From Chthoniobacteraceae bacterium (lineage in GTDB: Bacteria > Verrucomicrobiota > Verrucomicrobiia > Chthoniobacterales > Chthoniobacteraceae), in NCBI GenBank assembly GCA_037190965.1, contig JBBCKI010000001.1, positions 1-64,000 on the forward strand: a stretch of DNA of 64,000 nucleotides, given 5' to 3'. Positions 59,896 to 64,000 of this stretch are shown here, piece by piece (positions within the stretch are counted from its first letter, which is position 1; each line of letters starts with the position of its first letter). A model generated the notes under the pieces. It did not search any database, was not told the origin of the DNA, and saw only the letters and a list, made by a program, of their open reading frames with translations. A program made the position numbers and the translations under genes.

Positions 59896-60145
59896 ATCCA
59901 TCATCCTCGCACCCATCGCAGCCCTCCTCCTGAGCTGCCTCCCGGCTTCCGCCGCAGGCCCGAAATCCTACCAAGTCACCGGCCCGATTCTGGAACTGAC
60001 CGACACCACCATCACGGTGCAAAAAGGAGATGACAAGTGGGAGATCGCGCGCACCCCGGAGACCAAGGTCAAAGGTGAACTGAAAGTCGGCGCGAAAGTC
60101 ACCATCTCCTATACGATGAGTGCCGGGAAAATTGAGGTTAAGTAA
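59888..60145 (+). CDS. Small secreted protein (beta-rich, OB-fold-like)
   Basis: Signal peptide ending ASA-A; YQVTGP......I.VQKG...WEI, LKVG.KVTI.Y. Confidence 0.7.
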   Translation: MNKSIILAPIAALLLSCLPASAAGPKSYQVTGPILELTDTTITVQKGDDKWEIARTPETKVKGELKVGAKVTISYTMSAGKIEVK

Positions 60146-60195
60146 TACCTCCCAATCTTCATCGCTAGTGACGACTAGCGTCCAATGCTCGACTA

Positions 60196-60229
60196 CCTCG
60201 TTCCCAATGTCTGGAGATTGGGAACGAGG
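60196..60229. repeat. Internally deleted family 2 repeat (single hairpin)
   Basis: cctcgttcccaat-gtctggag-attgggaacgagg. Confidence 0.75.
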
Positions 60230-60252
60230 GGAAAATTACGAAAGAAGAAAAT

Positions 60253-60414
60253 GGTGAGGCAGCACCGGTAGCCCGCTCGCGCCGTCGAGCGCGGGTATCG
60301 ATTCCCGTGGCTTCATGAGGGGCCGCATCCCAACAAGCAGCAGCCTGTCCGGCGGGGATGCATGCGAAACGCGATTCTTTACTGATCCCGCGCTCTCGGC
60401 GAGAGCGGTCTACC
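60253..60414 (+). repeat. REPIN family 1, copy
   Basis: ggtgaggcagcacc-GGTAGCCCGCTCGCGCCG ... CTCTCGGCGAGAGCGGTCTACC. Confidence 0.9.
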
Positions 60415-60437
60415 TCTCCCGCTTTCCGGGCTTTCTC

Positions 60438-61622
60438 CTAGTCCCCTTTACTTAAACGCTGCTTGGGCGTATCGGCGAGGAGGGCGTGCGCTTCCTTGAG
60501 GATACCGGGGATACGATCGGCAAAAGGACTTGCCGCGACGGCCTTGAGGAGCGCCGCCTCGTCGAACTCCGCCGCATTGTGGCCCGGGAACCAATGGCCC
60601 GCGTTGCCGAGCAGATTGTAACGCATCTTGCCAAAAGCCACCATGTCGAGCCCTTTGGCGTAGAGCCAGAGGCGCAGGATTTCGTGAACGTTCACATCTC
60701 CCGGGATCTCCTGATGCGGAGGAATTCCCTGCCACCACCCGGCGACCCAATCAGCCCCGAAACTGCGGACCAACTCTTTGCAAATCTTTTCAGCGATGGA
60801 ATGCGACCGCTCTGCCGCACAGTCATAATACTGCAAAGCGGCGATATGCTCGTCAAAGTCCCCCGGGCGGGCTGCACCGATACTAAGAGTGTGCACTTCA
60901 GGCCTCGCGAGGCAATAGAGGTCGTTGAACTGGATCGGCGAAAGCGGCTCACAAAGCTCGGCGAGCCGGGGCGGAGCCTCGTAGAGCTTCCCCCCTTTGT
61001 CGCTCGGGCTGATGATGAAGACCCCCATGTCGCGCCGGGTCGCGGCGGCGATGGCAGGCTCGTTGAACTCGTTCACGAAATACCAGTGGAGGTTCACGTA
61101 ATCGAACTCCCCGGTCTCAATCGCCTGCACGATCAAATCAGTAGGCCCATGTGTGGAAAAGCCGATGAACCGCGCACGCCCCTGGCGCTGAATTTCCCGC
61201 GCGGCCTCCAACGCGCCTCCTTTGCGGAGGGTCCTGTCCAGGCACCCGGCGTCGTTGATGCCATGAATGGCGAGAAGATCGACATGATCAATCCCGAGAT
61301 AGCCCATTGATTTCTCGAACGTGTCGAGAAACTCCTGCTTGGTTTCCTGCGGGCCAACCTTGGTCTGGATGATCAGATTCTCGCGCGGGAGCTTCGGCAA
61401 GAGCCAGCCGAGCTGCATCTCCGAGGTGCCATAACCACGCGCCGTTTCAATGTGATTGATGCCAAGCTCCAGCGCCCGGTGCACCGTATTTTCCAGGTTT
61501 TCCTGGATATCGGCGGGAATCGCCTCGGGCGGCTCATCCGCCCACCCTTTTTGATAACGCATTCCTCCACACGAAAAGACCGGCATGGAGAGTTCCGTGC
61601 GACCGAAGCGGCGGTATTTCAT
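60438..61622 (-). CDS. Aldo/keto reductase family protein
   Basis: [41 protein letters not shown]. Confidence 0.9.
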   Translation of the reverse strand: MKYRRFGRTELSMPVFSCGGMRYQKGWADEPPEAIPADIQENLENTVHRALELGINHIETARGYGTSEMQLGWLLPKLPRENLIIQTKVGPQETKQEFLDTFEKSMGYLGIDHVDLLAIHGINDAGCLDRTLRKGGALEAAREIQRQGRARFIGFSTHGPTDLIVQAIETGEFDYVNLHWYFVNEFNEPAIAAATRRDMGVFIISPSDKGGKLYEAPPRLAELCEPLSPIQFNDLYCLARPEVHTLSIGAARPGDFDEHIAALQYYDCAAERSHSIAEKICKELVRSFGADWVAGWWQGIPPHQEIPGDVNVHEILRLWLYAKGLDMVAFGKMRYNLLGNAGHWFPGHNAAEFDEAALLKAVAASPFADRIPGILKEAHALLADTPKQRLSKGD

Positions 61623-61639
61623 AGGCACGCCTTCGTTTA

Positions 61640-62677
61640 TCAAAGCTGTTGGAGGTGCGCAACCACTTCGATTTCCGCCGTTTGCGGGAACATATCGAGC
61701 GGCGTGACGCTCGCCAACCGGAAGCTGCGGCACAAGATCGCAAGGTCCCGAGCCAGGGTCGCCGGATTGCACGAAACATAGATCACCTCGCGCGGCGCGG
61801 CGGCCACGATGGCGTCGAGGACGCGGGCGCTGGCCCCGATCGCGGGCGGATCAAGGATGAGCGTGGTCTCTCCCGGTTCGGCAAGGATCCCGGGCAGATG
61901 CGCCGCCACATCCCCCGCAAGGTAACGCTCGTTCGCGACCGCCACGCTGCGGGCATGAGCCACGGCAAACTCGTTTTCCTCGATGCCGACGACCTCCTCG
62001 TATCGGCTCCGCAAATGACGGGAAAAAAGCCCCGCCCCACAATAAGCATCCACCAACCGTCCGCCGGGGGTGATCAACTGTTCGACGAGTTGCAGCATCT
62101 CGCGGGCAACCTCGTCATTGGTCTGTTCAAAAAACCCGTGATTGCGGCGTTCCGCAACGGTGTAATCCCCATCGGGCAGGATCCGTGAGCGCAACCCGAT
62201 CAAACGGTCGTTGACTTCCGCCGACGCGATGGGGCACTCCTCGATGTCAATTAGAGCATTCGCGCCGAACGCATAGAAACCGGTCACGCCTCCCGCCACA
62301 TGCACGCGGATGCGATTGCGGTACGCGTAGGGTTTGGGGGACGCAATCATCGGGCGCATCGGGATATCAACCAGCTTGCCGACCCGCCGGAGCGTTTGCT
62401 CCACCTGCCGCGCCTTCACCTCAAGCTGCACAGGATAGGCGATATGCTGATAAGCGCACCCGCCGCAGCGGCCAAAATAGCGGCACAACGGTTTCACCCG
62501 GTCGGAAGAAGGCGTCTCCACGGAAACCAGATCGGCCTCGGCGTAATTTTTCTTCCGGCGGGTGATCTCTACATTCACCGTCTCCCCAGGAATGGTGAAG
62601 GGCACAAACACGGCCAACCCTTCGCTTCTCCCGACGCCTTTGCCGCCGAAGGCCATGTCTTGAATAGTCAGTTGCAT
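61640..62677 (-). CDS. TRAM-domain RNA m5U methyltransferase (RlmD/TrmA family)
   Basis: TRAM domain, [38 protein letters not shown]. Confidence 0.92.
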   Translation of the reverse strand: MQLTIQDMAFGGKGVGRSEGLAVFVPFTIPGETVNVEITRRKKNYAEADLVSVETPSSDRVKPLCRYFGRCGGCAYQHIAYPVQLEVKARQVEQTLRRVGKLVDIPMRPMIASPKPYAYRNRIRVHVAGGVTGFYAFGANALIDIEECPIASAEVNDRLIGLRSRILPDGDYTVAERRNHGFFEQTNDEVAREMLQLVEQLITPGGRLVDAYCGAGLFSRHLRSRYEEVVGIEENEFAVAHARSVAVANERYLAGDVAAHLPGILAEPGETTLILDPPAIGASARVLDAIVAAAPREVIYVSCNPATLARDLAILCRSFRLASVTPLDMFPQTAEIEVVAHLQQL

Positions 62678-62699
62678 CTAAATTGGTCTCCCAGAAAAC

Positions 62700-62734
62700 A
62701 AAAGAGGCTTTCGCGTGAAACGAAAGCCTCTTTT
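62700..62734. terminator. Intrinsic terminator (bidirectional form)
   Basis: aaaagaggctttcg-cgtgaaa-cgaaagcctctttt. Confidence 0.85.
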
Positions 62735-62774
62735 ACGAAAAATGTTTTAAGCGGTTTCCAGCAGCTCGAGCGGC

Positions 62775-63188
62775 TTAGTATCCTTTGTAAGAGCGGCTGT
62801 AGTTGAAACGGGTCTCAAAACCGAGCTCCGGCGGGAATTCCGCATAACCGTTGTGACCCCAGACCAGATCCGAACCGTAAGGAGGGCAATAGGAGCCCTT
62901 GTAGGTCGGAAGCGGAGCGCTTGTGAGATCATACCAGCCTTTGCCGAAGCGGTAGAAGCTACGGGCGAGCCCGAGGTGAATTCCGTATCCAAACGCAGCG
63001 CTGTTCCCCTCAGTAGCATTGACGATCGCGAAAGTGCAGGGCAACTCGGTGATCCCGAAAAGAATATTGGAAATCCCGCGTCCGAATTTCCGGCCCGGCC
63101 CTTGGGCTGCCATCGGCGGCGATTGAATATCCGCGACGGCGGCCGTCGCAAAAGCGGCAAACAGGGTGAGCGAAAGGAGGAACTTCAT
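62775..63188 (-). CDS. Secreted protein resembling the exosortase-system-associated TIGR04073 family
   Basis: Signal peptide; RKFGRG.SN...G..E.P and G.Y...T.P.P motifs. Confidence 0.7.
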   Translation of the reverse strand: MKFLLSLTLFAAFATAAVADIQSPPMAAQGPGRKFGRGISNILFGITELPCTFAIVNATEGNSAAFGYGIHLGLARSFYRFGKGWYDLTSAPLPTYKGSYCPPYGSDLVWGHNGYAEFPPELGFETRFNYSRSYKGY

Positions 63189-63322
63189 ACAGCTGGTGAG
63201 CCTATCCGAGTTTGAGAAGAAAAAGCAATTCCGTTTTTTCCGTGAAAAGATAAATCCATTCATTATCCTAAAAGCGGTGATGGGAGGGGAGGATGCCCCG
63301 ATCGATTGCCGCTTTTAGACTA

Positions 63323-64000
63323 TTAAGCCCCCAGCAGGCCGGCCCGCATTGTCTCCAATGGCGCTTCCCGGTCGAACCAGATCTCGAACGCAAGCGCCCC
63401 CTGATGGAGCAACATGGAGAGACCGTTGGCCCCGCGGGCTCCGGCGATCTCCGCGGCGGCAAGGAGCGGTGTGCGATGCGCGGTGTAAATGGTGTCGTAA
63501 ACCATCAGATGTGGAGCCAGGATGGACGCAGGCAACACCGAAGGGTCGGTACGTTTCATGCCACAGGAGGTGGCATTGATGACGAGATCGATATTGGCAA
63601 GTTGCTCTGCTAGCGACGCCTGTTCCCAGGCAACCGCCTCCACCCGGGCAAAAGGCCCAAGCAACCGGGTGCCTTTGAAGGAAGGCTCCAGTTCTCCGGC
63701 GAGCTGTTGCGCCTTTTCGAAAGTACGATTGACCAGCACCAGCCGCTCGCACTGCTCCATCGCGCACTGCACCGCAATGGCACGCCCGGCGCCACCGCCC
63801 GCGCCCAGCACCATCACCCTCAGATCGCGGAGATCCACCCCAAACTCCGACCGCACCGCACGGACCAACCCCGGCCCATCGGTGTTGAACCCCAGCAGGC
63901 GGCCATCCTCGATCACCACCGTATTTACCGCGCCGATTTTCCGGGCGTTCTCGTCGAGATCATCCAGCAACTCCAGGGCCGCCGTTTTGTGCGGAATGGT
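63323..64000 (-). CDS. aroE: Shikimate dehydrogenase (5' end outside the window)
   Basis: TIPHK, GAVNT, NTDG.G, GAGG..RA, NRT, NAT..GM, GL.ML..QG...F..W. Confidence 0.95.
   Translation of the reverse strand, partial: TIPHKTAALELLDDLDENARKIGAVNTVVIEDGRLLGFNTDGPGLVRAVRSEFGVDLRDLRVMVLGAGGGAGRAIAVQCAMEQCERLVLVNRTFEKAQQLAGELEPSFKGTRLLGPFARVEAVAWEQASLAEQLANIDLVINATSCGMKRTDPSVLPASILAPHLMVYDTIYTAHRTPLLAAAEIAGARGANGLSMLLHQGALAFEIWFDREAPLETMRAGLLGA

Overview
GC-rich bacterial chromosomal window. The gene content suggests Verrucomicrobiota (Chthoniobacterales-like); that is inference only. In order: (1) a small AT-richer accessory islet (1-1.9 kb) bounded by a duplicated gene 3' end, holding an integron-cassette-like RibD/DHFR gene with an attC-like site and an inverted-repeat-flanked lipoprotein gene; (2) a Wza/Wzc/outer-membrane-barrel/priming-GT polysaccharide export operon whose Wzc has an unusual Cys-rich, internally repeated C-terminus; (3) a two-component system, a solitary DegT gene, a GntR-LacI regulator and an amino-sugar envelope-modification cluster (oxidoreductase, DegT, GT2, LAB_N, ArnT-like); (4) nagB/nagA-LacI-exbB-exbD-tonB; (5) cell wall/LPS housekeeping genes (amidase, murI, heptose kinase, gmhB, kdsB, pyrG); (6) a ~13 kb uncharacterised carbohydrate-catabolic region (GH-like protein, deacetylase, ASRT, non-canonical M24 enzyme, LacI, SDRs, Gfo/Idh/MocA, AraC); (7) housekeeping genes (hemB, coaX, ROK kinase, ilvB with a leader-peptide attenuator, ligA, mazG, pckG, RNA methyltransferase, aroE). 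Intergenic DNA carries at least four families of palindromic REP/REPIN/MITE-like repeats. One copy sits between an ~86-89 bp duplication of a gene junction. I saw no tRNA, rRNA, CRISPR array, integrase or transposase. All calls come from reading motifs by eye; no database searches were run. Where I refined a start codon, it is my best estimate.
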